Shown piece by piece: positions 43,679 to 53,300 of a stretch of 59,488 bases of DNA. How positions within the stretch are numbered: the first letter of the stretch is position 1; the number at the start of each line of letters is the position of its first letter. Source of the DNA: a virus (taxonomy: Duplodnaviria > Caudoviricetes). The notes beneath the pieces were generated by a model. It was given only the letters and a program-made list of their open reading frames with translations. It was not told where the DNA came from and did not search any database. The translations under genes and the position numbers were made by a program. Location of the stretch: the IMG/VR virus record IMGVR_UViG_3300020165_000023, positions 1-59,488 of that record, one strand, 5' to 3'.

Positions 43679-45266
43679 ATCTCTCGGCTACCTGGGTAAT
43701 GTAAACGTTAAAAAAGACGGTGTACAACAAGAGTATACTGAACATGAACAACGCGAATACATTAGATGCCGTAAAGACCCAGCTTATTTTGCTGAACATT
43801 ATGCAAAAGTGGTACACCTTGATAAAGGTTTGGTACCCTTTAAGCTATACCCATATCAGAAGAAGATGTTTGAGCACTTCAACGATAATCGCTTTTCTAT
43901 TGTATTGGCATGTCGTCAGTCAGGTAAATCGATTAGTTCGTGTATCTATATTCTGTGGTATGCAATCTTTCATTCAAACAAGACAATTGCTATCTTGGCA
44001 AACAAAGGTGATACTGCTCGTGAGATGCTCTCCAGGATCCTCCTGGCGCTCGAGAACCTGCCGTTCTTCCTTCAGCCTGGTGCACGTGCCCTAAACAAAG
44101 GTTCGATGGAGTTTAGTAACAATACTAAGATTGTTGCTCGTGCGACTTCATCTTCTTCCATTCGTGGTATGTCGATTAACCTTCTGTTCCTGGATGAGTT
44201 TGCATTTATTGAGAACGATGCAACATTCTATACCTCCACTTATCCTGTTATTATTTCTGGTAAGTCTACACAGGTAATCATTACATCAACAGCTAATGGT
44301 ATTGGTAACACTTATCATAAACTGTGGACTGGTGCAGTACAAAAGGTTAACTCATATAGTCCGTTTAGAATTGACTGGTGGGATGTACCAGGTCGTGATG
44401 AGAAATGGAGAGATGAAACAATTGCTAACACTTCCTTGCTTCAGTTTAAGCAAGAGTTTGGTAATGACTTCTTGGGTAATGGTGATACACTTATTGAAGG
44501 TGAGCATCTATTAAAGATGAGTGCGCGTGAACCTCTGTATGATAAAGGTTCAACACGAGTATATAAAGAACCGAATAAGAGCCATAGCTATATCATGGCA
44601 GTTGATGTAGCACAAGGTCGAGGACAAGACTACTCAACGTTTAATATTATTGATGTATCTACTCGCCCGTTTGAACAGGTTGCAGTATATCGAAATAATA
44701 AGATTTCACCTATTCTATTCCCCGCTGAGTTGATTAAGTGGGCAAAGGTTTACAATAATGCATATATGGTTGTTGAGAACAATGATCAGGGTGCATTGGT
44801 AACTAATGGTCTGCACTATGACTTTGAATGGGAAGAAATGTATCATGAGTCAACTGTACAAGGCGGTAGACTCGGCTTACGTATGACACGTAAGAGCAAG
44901 AAGGTTGGTTGTTCGAACCTTAAAGACTTGATCGAAGAAAACAAACTCATGATTGTTGATGAGGAAACAATTAAAGAGCTATCGACTTTTGAAGCACGTG
45001 GTACATCATTTGAAGCTTCTCGTGGTAACCATGATGATATGGTAATGAGCCTAGTTGCTTTTGCATGGTTCACTACTGAAATGAACTTCCTTGATTTGAC
45101 AGACACTGATGTGAAGTCAATGATGTATGCAGAAAAGATGCGTCAGATTAATGATGACCATGTACCGTTTGGTTTTGTTGATGATGGTATCATTGATAAT
45201 GACCAACCTACCTATGAAAAGATGGGTGGTCAGATGTGGGCAATCGATAAAGATGATGACTGGTAG
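43668..45266 (+). CDS. gp17: Terminase large subunit gp17
   Basis: YLGN.NVK, Walker A RQSGKS, Walker B LLFLDEFAF, ITSTANG, nuclease motifs VDVAQGRGQDYS and HDDMVM; ATG at 43668. Confidence 0.96.
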   Translation: MALESLGYLGNVNVKKDGVQQEYTEHEQREYIRCRKDPAYFAEHYAKVVHLDKGLVPFKLYPYQKKMFEHFNDNRFSIVLACRQSGKSISSCIYILWYAIFHSNKTIAILANKGDTAREMLSRILLALENLPFFLQPGARALNKGSMEFSNNTKIVARATSSSSIRGMSINLLFLDEFAFIENDATFYTSTYPVIISGKSTQVIITSTANGIGNTYHKLWTGAVQKVNSYSPFRIDWWDVPGRDEKWRDETIANTSLLQFKQEFGNDFLGNGDTLIEGEHLLKMSAREPLYDKGSTRVYKEPNKSHSYIMAVDVAQGRGQDYSTFNIIDVSTRPFEQVAVYRNNKISPILFPAELIKWAKVYNNAYMVVENNDQGALVTNGLHYDFEWEEMYHESTVQGGRLGLRMTRKSKKVGCSNLKDLIEENKLMIVDEETIKELSTFEARGTSFEASRGNHDDMVMSLVAFAWFTTEMNFLDLTDTDVKSMMYAEKMRQINDDHVPFGFVDDGIIDNDQPTYEKMGGQMWAIDKDDDW

Positions 45267-45291
45267 CATAAATAGCGGAAATCTTTCATAG

Positions 45292-45299
45292 TATAAATA
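45292..45299 (+). promoter_or_regulatory. Late promoter upstream of gp18
   Basis: TATAAATA, with a CATAAATA variant at 45267-45274. Confidence 0.75.
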
Positions 45300-45357
45300 T
45301 ATACACTATGAACCATCCGTATTATGTTAACCGTATCATTTTTAAGAGGACTTTCTC

Positions 45358-47088
45358 ATGGCTTTGTTTTCGCCTTCCGAGTCTCCTGCAGTAACTATCA
45401 AAGAAGCTGACCTTACCGGTATTGCACCGAATGTACAGTCTTCCACTGGCGCAATCGTCGGTGACTTCAACTGGGGTCCAATCGACCTGCCAACACTTGT
45501 TTCTAACGAAGCAAACATGGTTGAAGTATTTGCTGCACCAGACGCTAGCAATAGCGTGGACTTCCACGCTGCTGCTTCCTTCCTGACTTACTCCGCTAGC
45601 CTGTACGTAACACGTGCTGCTGACGCTTCTGCTAAAAACTCTTTCGATTCCGATGCTGCTTCTGCTGCACCGACCGTAAAGAACCGTGATGACTTCGATG
45701 CTCAGTTCGCTGCGCTTGATTCCGATGGTCACACGTTTGTAGCTAAGTGGGCTGGTGCTCTTGGTAACTCCATCAAAGTTGAAATGTGTGCTTACGATTC
45801 CGACGGCTCCACATTCACTGGCTGGACACATAAGAGCGAATTTGACGCTGCTCCAACCACTTCGACTTACGCTGCTAACAAAGGTGCTTCTAACGATGAA
45901 GTACACGTTGTTGTAGTTGACGAAGACGGTGAAATCTCCGGTACTCGTGGTACCGTTCTTGAGCGCTTCCCATTTGTTTCTATCGCTTCTGATGCGAAGA
46001 ACACGGATGGTTCTACTAACTACATGGTTGACGTAATCAACAACACATCCCAGTATGTCTGGGCTGTTGGTTTTGACGCAACTTTCACTACTGCTAACGC
46101 TGGTACATCTGCAACCAACGGTAAAGACTTTAAGGTTGCTGCTCCTGCAGTTAAGTCTATTTCCATGGTTAATGGTGTTAACTCTGGTGCACTTGGCTCC
46201 GCTGAGTTCAATGCTGCTTACGACCTGGTTCAGGACGTAGACACTTACCAGGTTGACTTCCTGATTGCTCCTGCTCTGCCAGCGTCTGACGTTGTTGCTG
46301 AAGCAATTGCTGAGAACCTGCTCGCGATCGCGGGTGCTCGTAAAGACTGTATTGCTATTATTTCGCCTGCTAAAGGTAAGGTTGTTGGTAATACTTCTGC
46401 TAACGCTGACATCATCACATTTGCTGATTCCCTGACTGCTAGCTCTTATGCATTCTTGGACAACCAGCACTTCAAGATGTTCGATAAGTACAACGATCAG
46501 TTCATCTTTGTTCCTGCTGCTCCTTCGACAGCTGGTTTGATGGCTCGCTCCGATCGTGAGAACGCTCCTTGGTTCTCCCCGGCTGGTACAAGCTCTGGTG
46601 TTTACTTTAACGTTGTTGGTCTGGGTTACAACCCCAACAAGACTGAGCGTGATGCACTTTACAAGGCAAACGTTAACCCAGTTGTTAACCTGCCAGGTCA
46701 AGGTGTAACACTGTACGGTGATAAGACCCTGCAGCGTAAGCCTTCTGCTTTCGATCGTATCAACGTACGTCGTTTGTTTATCGTACTCGAGCGTTCCATT
46801 GGTCGTGCTGCACAGAATGTTCTGTTCCAGCTGAACGATGAATTCACTCGTGCTGAATTTGTTAACATTGTTGAGCCTGTTCTGCGTGACGTTAAAGGTC
46901 GCCGTGGTCTGACTGACTTCCGTGTAGTTTGTGACGAAACAAACAACACTGGTGCGGTTGTTGACCGGAACGAGTTTGTTGCAACTGTCTTCCTGAAGCC
47001 TACCCGCTCGATTAACTACGTAACTCTGAACTTCGTAGCTACTCGTACCGGCGTTGACTTTGAAGAAGTAGTTGGTCGCTCTAACTAA
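45358..47088 (+). CDS. gp18: Tail sheath protein gp18
   Basis: SPAVTIKE.DLT, FNWGP, RKDC...ISP, PWFSPAG, GDKT....SAFDRINVRRLF, VVCDETNNT..V.DRNEF. Confidence 0.96.
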   Translation: MALFSPSESPAVTIKEADLTGIAPNVQSSTGAIVGDFNWGPIDLPTLVSNEANMVEVFAAPDASNSVDFHAAASFLTYSASLYVTRAADASAKNSFDSDAASAAPTVKNRDDFDAQFAALDSDGHTFVAKWAGALGNSIKVEMCAYDSDGSTFTGWTHKSEFDAAPTTSTYAANKGASNDEVHVVVVDEDGEISGTRGTVLERFPFVSIASDAKNTDGSTNYMVDVINNTSQYVWAVGFDATFTTANAGTSATNGKDFKVAAPAVKSISMVNGVNSGALGSAEFNAAYDLVQDVDTYQVDFLIAPALPASDVVAEAIAENLLAIAGARKDCIAIISPAKGKVVGNTSANADIITFADSLTASSYAFLDNQHFKMFDKYNDQFIFVPAAPSTAGLMARSDRENAPWFSPAGTSSGVYFNVVGLGYNPNKTERDALYKANVNPVVNLPGQGVTLYGDKTLQRKPSAFDRINVRRLFIVLERSIGRAAQNVLFQLNDEFTRAEFVNIVEPVLRDVKGRRGLTDFRVVCDETNNTGAVVDRNEFVATVFLKPTRSINYVTLNFVATRTGVDFEEVVGRSN

Positions 47089-47108
47089 GCTATTAGGAGA
47101 AAAAGAAA

Positions 47109-47636
47109 ATGGCTATTCTCGGAATCGATGATTTCAAAGCTAAGTTGAAGGGTGGCGGCGCTCGTTCTAACCTGTTCCGTTGTACTATCAACTTCCCTGG
47201 TTACGCTAATGGCGATGTTGAACTGACTTCCTTTATGTGTAAAGGTGCTCAGCTTCCTGCGTCCGTTATGACTCCAATCGAGGTTCCTTTCCGGGGTCGT
47301 CGTCTGCAGATTGCTGGCGATCGTACCTTTGAACCTTGGACAGTAACTGTACTCAACGACACTGACTTCGGTACTCGTAACGCAATGGAGCGTTGGTCTA
47401 ACGGTATCAACGGTCACGCTACCAACGAAGGTATTGTGAACCCTACTGAATACCAGGCTGACCTTGTTGTTGAGCAGCTGGATAAGAATGGCGACATTCT
47501 TAAGAAGTACGACATTCGTGGTGCTTTCCCAACTAACATCTCTGCAATTGAAGTATCCTACGATACCTTCGATACGATTGAAGAGTTTACTGTTGAGTTC
47601 CAGCTTCAATACTGGGAATCAAACACAACTAGCTAA
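47109..47636 (+). CDS. gp19: Tail tube protein gp19
   Basis: GGGARSNLF, KGAQLPAS, FRGR.L.IAGDRTFEPWTVTV.ND, FPTNISAI. Confidence 0.96.
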   Translation: MAILGIDDFKAKLKGGGARSNLFRCTINFPGYANGDVELTSFMCKGAQLPASVMTPIEVPFRGRRLQIAGDRTFEPWTVTVLNDTDFGTRNAMERWSNGINGHATNEGIVNPTEYQADLVVEQLDKNGDILKKYDIRGAFPTNISAIEVSYDTFDTIEEFTVEFQLQYWESNTTS

Positions 47637-47650
47637 GTTGTTTAAACGCG

Positions 47651-47658
47651 TATAAATA
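47651..47658 (+). promoter_or_regulatory. Late promoter upstream of gp20
   Basis: TATAAATA. Confidence 0.75.
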
Positions 47659-47670
47659 AGTATACGTATG

Positions 47671-47704
47671 GGAGGGAAGTGATCCATGCTTCCCTCCTTT
47701 TTTT
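47671..47704 (+). terminator. Rho-independent terminator between gp19 and gp20
   Basis: GGAGGGAAG-tgatccatg-CTTCCCTCC-TTTTTTT. Confidence 0.8.
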
Positions 47705-47723
47705 ATATACACCGGAGACAAAG

Positions 47724-49343
47724 ATGGCTGATGAACGTGATGGCTTGAACTTGTTCGGGTTTAATTTAACTCGTAACAATAACAAGAAAAAAGAAGAGAA
47801 AGAACTCCCTTCGATCGTTGCCCCGAATGACGACGATGGTGCTGGTTACGTAACTGTAACTAGTGGTGGTGGTGCTTATAACCATACACTGAGCTTCGAT
47901 CAAGATTCTAAAACAGTTAAAGATGATAAAGCATTGATCATGCAGTATCGGGAAGCAGCAATGCACCCTGAGCTCGATCAAGCAATCAACCATATTGTTA
48001 ACGAAGCTGTATCCTCTGATCAAGAGGTAGTACAGATGAATGTCGATAAGCTCGATATTTCCAATTCAATTAAGAAGAAGCTGCAAACCGAGTTTGATGG
48101 TATTATGACCATGCTCGACTTCCATAACAATGCAGGTGACATGTTCCGTCGATTCTATATCGATGGTCGTCTCTACCATCATCTTGTTGTTGATCCTAAG
48201 CGCGAAAAGCTTGGTATCCAAGAGATGCGTTATATTGATTCAGTTAACATCCGTAAAGTACGTGAAGTTCTAAAAGAACGTGATCCTGCTACCGATGTTG
48301 AAGTAGTCGTTGGTATTAAAGAATATTACATCTATGAGCCAAGCGCAACTAATACACGTTCAATCAGTGGTGCAAAGACTGCAGTTAAATTGTCTGAACC
48401 TTCTGTATCTTACGTGACTTCGGGCATCATGGATTCTGCTCGTGCACGTGTAATCGGTCACCTGGATAAAGCACTTAAGCCACTTAATCAGCTGCGTATG
48501 ATGGAAGATGCACAAGTAATCTACCGTCTTGCTCGTGCTCCTGAGCGTCGTATCTTCTATGTTGATACTGGTACTATGCCTACCGGTAAAGCAGAAGAGT
48601 ACATGAAAGACCTGATGGCTAAGTACCGGAACAAGATGACATACGATGTTACTACTGGTAACCTCTCAAACAATGCACGTTCAATGTCAATGCTTGAAGA
48701 CTTCTGGCTGCCACGTCGTGAAGGTGGTCGTGGTACTGAGATTAGTACTCTGCCTGGTGGCACGAACCTTGGCGAGATTGATGATATCATTTACTTTCAG
48801 AAGCGTCTGTATAAGGCCCTGAACGTTCCTATGTCTCGTCTTGAGCAAGAAGCACAGTTTAGCTTGGGTCGTTCTTCTGAGCTGACACGTGATGAGCAGT
48901 TCTTCCAGAAGTTTGTCAATAGCGTACGTAATCGTTTTGGTAAGATGTTTGTTGAGGTACTCGGTACTCAGTGTATCCTCAAGAACATTTGTACTAAAGA
49001 AGAATGGGAAGAATGGAAGACTTCAATCTTTATTGAGTTTCTTAACGACAACTACTTTACCGAACTTAAGAATGCTGAAATCGTTGGCGATCGTATTGAG
49101 CGTCTTGATCGTGTTGCTTCTTACGTTGGTGAATACTTCTCCCGTGAGTGGGTAATGAAAGAAATCCTTATGATGAGTGATGATGACATTACTGCAATGA
49201 ACAAGCAAATGAAAGCTGAACTTTCTTCTGGTATTGTTAACGTTGATACTGATGCACCTGATGAAGCACCTGCTGCTGAAGGTGAAGAAGAATCTAAGAT
49301 TGATGTAACTAAAACTCAAAATGAAATGAATCGTTTAGTATAA
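47724..49343 (+). CDS. gp20: Portal protein gp20
   Basis: NQLRMMEDAQVIYRLARAPERRIFYVD, MLEDFWLPRREGGRGTEISTLPGG.NLGEIDD; ATG at 47724 after GGAG. Confidence 0.96.
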   Translation: MADERDGLNLFGFNLTRNNNKKKEEKELPSIVAPNDDDGAGYVTVTSGGGAYNHTLSFDQDSKTVKDDKALIMQYREAAMHPELDQAINHIVNEAVSSDQEVVQMNVDKLDISNSIKKKLQTEFDGIMTMLDFHNNAGDMFRRFYIDGRLYHHLVVDPKREKLGIQEMRYIDSVNIRKVREVLKERDPATDVEVVVGIKEYYIYEPSATNTRSISGAKTAVKLSEPSVSYVTSGIMDSARARVIGHLDKALKPLNQLRMMEDAQVIYRLARAPERRIFYVDTGTMPTGKAEEYMKDLMAKYRNKMTYDVTTGNLSNNARSMSMLEDFWLPRREGGRGTEISTLPGGTNLGEIDDIIYFQKRLYKALNVPMSRLEQEAQFSLGRSSELTRDEQFFQKFVNSVRNRFGKMFVEVLGTQCILKNICTKEEWEEWKTSIFIEFLNDNYFTELKNAEIVGDRIERLDRVASYVGEYFSREWVMKEILMMSDDDITAMNKQMKAELSSGIVNVDTDAPDEAPAAEGEEESKIDVTKTQNEMNRLV

Positions 49344-49346
49344 ATA
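49339..49346 (+). promoter_or_regulatory. Late promoter
   Basis: TATAAATA overlapping the gp20 stop codon. Confidence 0.75.
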
Positions 49347-49379
49347 TAATAATAAAGTTTCTAACTGAGGATAAAAGTA

Positions 49380-49616
49380 ATGGCTTTTAACAACGATAAA
49401 GATCGTCGTGAAAATGCTCTGCATACCGGAATGGGTGTTGGGCCACATGATTATGTAACATATACATATGGAACAGGCGGTGGTACTTCTACTTCTAATT
49501 TGACCGATGTACATTATTACATTGATGGTCAACAAGCTGCTGGTACGCTTGTTGGTCATATACGTTACACATATGATTCAAACGATAACTTAATTTCCGC
49601 TGAACGTCGTAGTTAG
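49380..49616 (+). CDS. Small hypothetical beta-hairpin protein
   Basis: GAGG ribosome-binding site; PHDYV.YTY...YTYDSNDNL. Confidence 0.7.
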   Translation: MAFNNDKDRRENALHTGMGVGPHDYVTYTYGTGGGTSTSNLTDVHYYIDGQQAAGTLVGHIRYTYDSNDNLISAERRS

Positions 49617-49624
49617 GATCAATC

Positions 49625-50371
49625 ATGTCAAAGTATGTAATTAATCCAATTACCGGTAAACTTGACGTACGTAATGACCCTGCTAAAATTGCCGAAGATA
49701 TTGGCGCAGCGGTTGTTGGTTATGAGCTTACAGGTGGTTTCACCGATCGTACTACAGGCACAGCTGGTGCATCTGACGTAGGATCAAACGTACAATACAC
49801 CCAAGCAATGGTTGACCTTGGTCAGTGGATGCGATTTGGCTTTGATGCAACAGCACAAGCAGCAAACGACAATCCATACTGGACTAACCCAACACCAGCT
49901 TCTGCAACAGGCATTGGTCTTTTTGGTGGCACGCACATGCCAGTCGGCATTACGTCTATGTTTGACTTTACTTTTGATGAGTCCACATATTCTGATGCAA
50001 CGACAACAGGAACTACAAAGTACACTGCTGCTACAGGATCCTACGACTTCACTCAAGGTATTGTCGGTGACCTTTCAAACATCCGATTCGACTTTAACGT
50101 TGTTCCACAGATTGCAAACACTACCCTTGAAATGGGACTCATCTGGCAAACCCGTCTGTCCGATGGTACACCTACATTTACATTTGCTTTGACTTCTACA
50201 CCGGTATTCTTTGGTACAGGTACAGTAGGTCAGACGTTCTTGCAGCGACCAACGTTTAGTGCATACTTTGCATCTCAAGAAGATGTAGACGCACGTGCAC
50301 TACCGGCTATTCGTGCTGATAATCCAGTACAGATTCAGCCGCTGACAACACTCACACAGATTATCCGTTAA
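49625..50371 (+). CDS. Hypothetical virion-associated protein
   Basis: AGGA ribosome-binding site; N-terminal INPITGKLD; Thr/Gly-rich beta composition. Confidence 0.7.
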   Translation: MSKYVINPITGKLDVRNDPAKIAEDIGAAVVGYELTGGFTDRTTGTAGASDVGSNVQYTQAMVDLGQWMRFGFDATAQAANDNPYWTNPTPASATGIGLFGGTHMPVGITSMFDFTFDESTYSDATTTGTTKYTAATGSYDFTQGIVGDLSNIRFDFNVVPQIANTTLEMGLIWQTRLSDGTPTFTFALTSTPVFFGTGTVGQTFLQRPTFSAYFASQEDVDARALPAIRADNPVQIQPLTTLTQIIR

Positions 50372-50386
50372 GGGACATTACTCAAA

Positions 50387-53300
50387 ATGGCTATTAAAAT
50401 TGTACGTAACGCCGCTGGTAACTGTATTCATTTCCGTGGCACATCTAACCCAGTACACTTCAACGCGTGTCTTTCTGGCCAGGTAGATACTGTAGACAAT
50501 ACACTTGTCAACGTTGTGAACGACATTCAAACTGCTGAGACTGGCACAACACAATACGAATTCTATAACATTCCATACACTGAGTTCCGTGATGCAACCG
50601 GCGCCACGTTTGCTGATGCGCAAGCCGTAGCTGATTATGTTACTACTAATGGTAACGTGGCTGCACCTGAAGATATCAATGTCGGCTACAAAGGCGTGTT
50701 TGATGCAAGTGGCGGTTTTGATCCTGAAACAATTACGCCAAGCCTTTACGACAGCGACAATACACCAGTAAATGGTGATTGGTTCTTTATTAACACAGCT
50801 GGCACTGTTGACTCTGATGTATACACTGTCAACGATATTATCAAGTATAGCGGAACGACTGATACGTGGCAGCAAGTTAAGAACGCATTTGCCACAGTAG
50901 AAGAGATTGAAGCATCTGCTCTTAACCGTTATGATATTCACGTCGATGGTGACTACACTGGTACAATCCGCAACGGTTCCTCTGTTCATCCATACATCGA
51001 TCTTAACACTGCAATCTCAGCTTCTACAGCTGGTCAGTCCATTCTTATTAAGGGTACGATTACTGCTCCGCTTTCTACTGGGACAGCATTTACACTTCCA
51101 CATAGCTTGTTCTTCTATGGTGCTGATGAGTGTGTGATTAAGTTTGCAACTTACGATGCAACAAACGGTGACCTGTTCAAGTTTGAAGGTACTGATTACT
51201 CACAAGAGTTCTCATTCAACAACATCACCATGATGAATGCTGGTGGATACGGTCTTTTGATCAAGAAGGCACTCAAGGTTACTGTAGAAGATTGTACCTT
51301 GACGAACAACGGCTGGAATGGCACGGGTCTTTCTACAGTAGCAGCTGAAGCTGGTGGTGTATTAGGCTACGATTCTACACAAGCTGATCTACAGGCTTTC
51401 TATGCAGGTTCTAATGCATCCAATGGTGGTGCAATGCGAATCCAAGAAGCACCGCAGGTTCTAATCGTTGGTAACACCGTAACGAAGAACCTTCGTGGTA
51501 TCCGTGTGCAGGACTGTGGCGTGAATGGTGCTGGCTTCGTTACCCGTAACCAGTCTACACAAAACATCGAGTCTGGTATTTACCTTGCAGTTGGTTCTCT
51601 CGGTGGTTGTCAAAACATCACGGTCATTAACAACTATTCTGGCTATAATGCTAACAACGGTGCATTGATCATTGGTGGTTTGAATAACAAACTGTCTCAG
51701 AATGAAATCAACGGCAACTGGAGTGGCGGTGTAGTGAACTGGGGTTCTGGTAACCTCACTCTTCGTGATTGTGGTCTTTACGATAACAACCGTTCCGGCT
51801 TCAATGGTATCGGCAATGTTGGTGATGCTAAAGCATCTATTCAGATTAACGATGCATACAGCTTCTTGGCTACAGCATTCGTCGCAAATGCTGACGCTCG
51901 CTTTATCATGGAAGTTCTCGACACACAGGTTCACTACACTGGCGTCGGTTCGAACACAACTAAAGTAGGTTTACTGCTCACTTCTGGTATGGGTTCGATT
52001 CCTGCAAACGAGCATAACATCATCAACATCGATGACGTTGGTTTCATTGGTCAAGATTATGCTATCGATCTTTCTGAAGTAGACATTACAAACATGCAGC
52101 TTTCTGTTGGCGATTGTCGCTACCAGAATATTGGTATTAAAGCTGTACGTGCACCACTTGCTGGTAACTACTCGGAGCTTCCATTCTCTAACCATGTAAC
52201 GAATGTAGCATCTGTAGATGTTGTTGTCGATACGTTGAAGATGTCTATCTCGCTGCGTGAAGGTGTTGGTGGTAACGTAATCAATACGTATAGTGCTAAC
52301 GAACTCCAAGGTGTGATTCGTGGAACAGAAGTTGATATTATTCAAAAGACTTCTGATAAGATTCAGATTCGTGGTCTTACCTTAGGTAACGTATACGTTA
52401 ACGGTGTGGTTGCAGGTACGAATTTGGCAACCATGAACGACACCATCAACGCTGCTTTCAACATGGATTTGACTGAATACAAAGACTTCATTGAGACAGA
52501 AGTTGGTGTTGAAGGTGCCGGTAATAGTGCAGCTTTCTACTACATTGAATCTCCTGATGGTGTATTCCACTATCCGTTGTTCAAGACGGCAGCAGAAGCT
52601 AACCAAGTTGACAGTGATCTAACTGGTGCAGGTGAAAGCCATACGCACACATACGCCGACGACACGACAGGCACTACTTGGTACATGCCAACCGTGAGTA
52701 ATCACATGGATGCTTCGTCTGCACCTCTGAACGGCCTGTACACTGCACCTAATGGTGAGTCGATTGAAAGTGTTGTCTGGAACATCCAGACAACAGATGT
52801 TGACACAAACTACCTGCCGACTTTCTCTAGCATTACTTACAATGTGCAAGAAGGCAGTGCAATTAACATCCAGTATAAAGCTGCTGGTATGACTGACACA
52901 TTTAGCCTTACAGGTGTTCCTGCTGGCTACGCTGACGATGGCTTTGCTATTATTGGTACTGCCGAAGACATTACAAATGGTTATGGCCAATCTGTTCAAC
53001 ACGTTATCAATGTCACGAAGGCTAATGTTTTTGGTTCGGTTCAAGGCACAATCACTATCAACGTGTTGGCTAACTTAGCAGGCAACGAGTTCACTATCGT
53101 AGACCAAGCTGGAGCAATTAAGTTTACTCAAGATGGTGGCGCTACTGTGTTGGACTTCAACACAGTAACATTCAATGCAGGTAGCACTTACAAGTTCTAT
53201 GTAGATGGTGCGACATTGCAGACCAATGATGTGTTTGATATTGTAGACGCTAACGGCAATGCAGTCACCGGAAACGACGGTCTATCTATGACTGGTGGTT

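Noticed and set aside
45322-46701. 459-aa antisense ORF over gp18, and similar ones over gp23 (57370-58224) and gp22
   Set aside because: Shadow frames expected from the strong codon bias of highly expressed genes; no RBS, promoter or recognisable motif.
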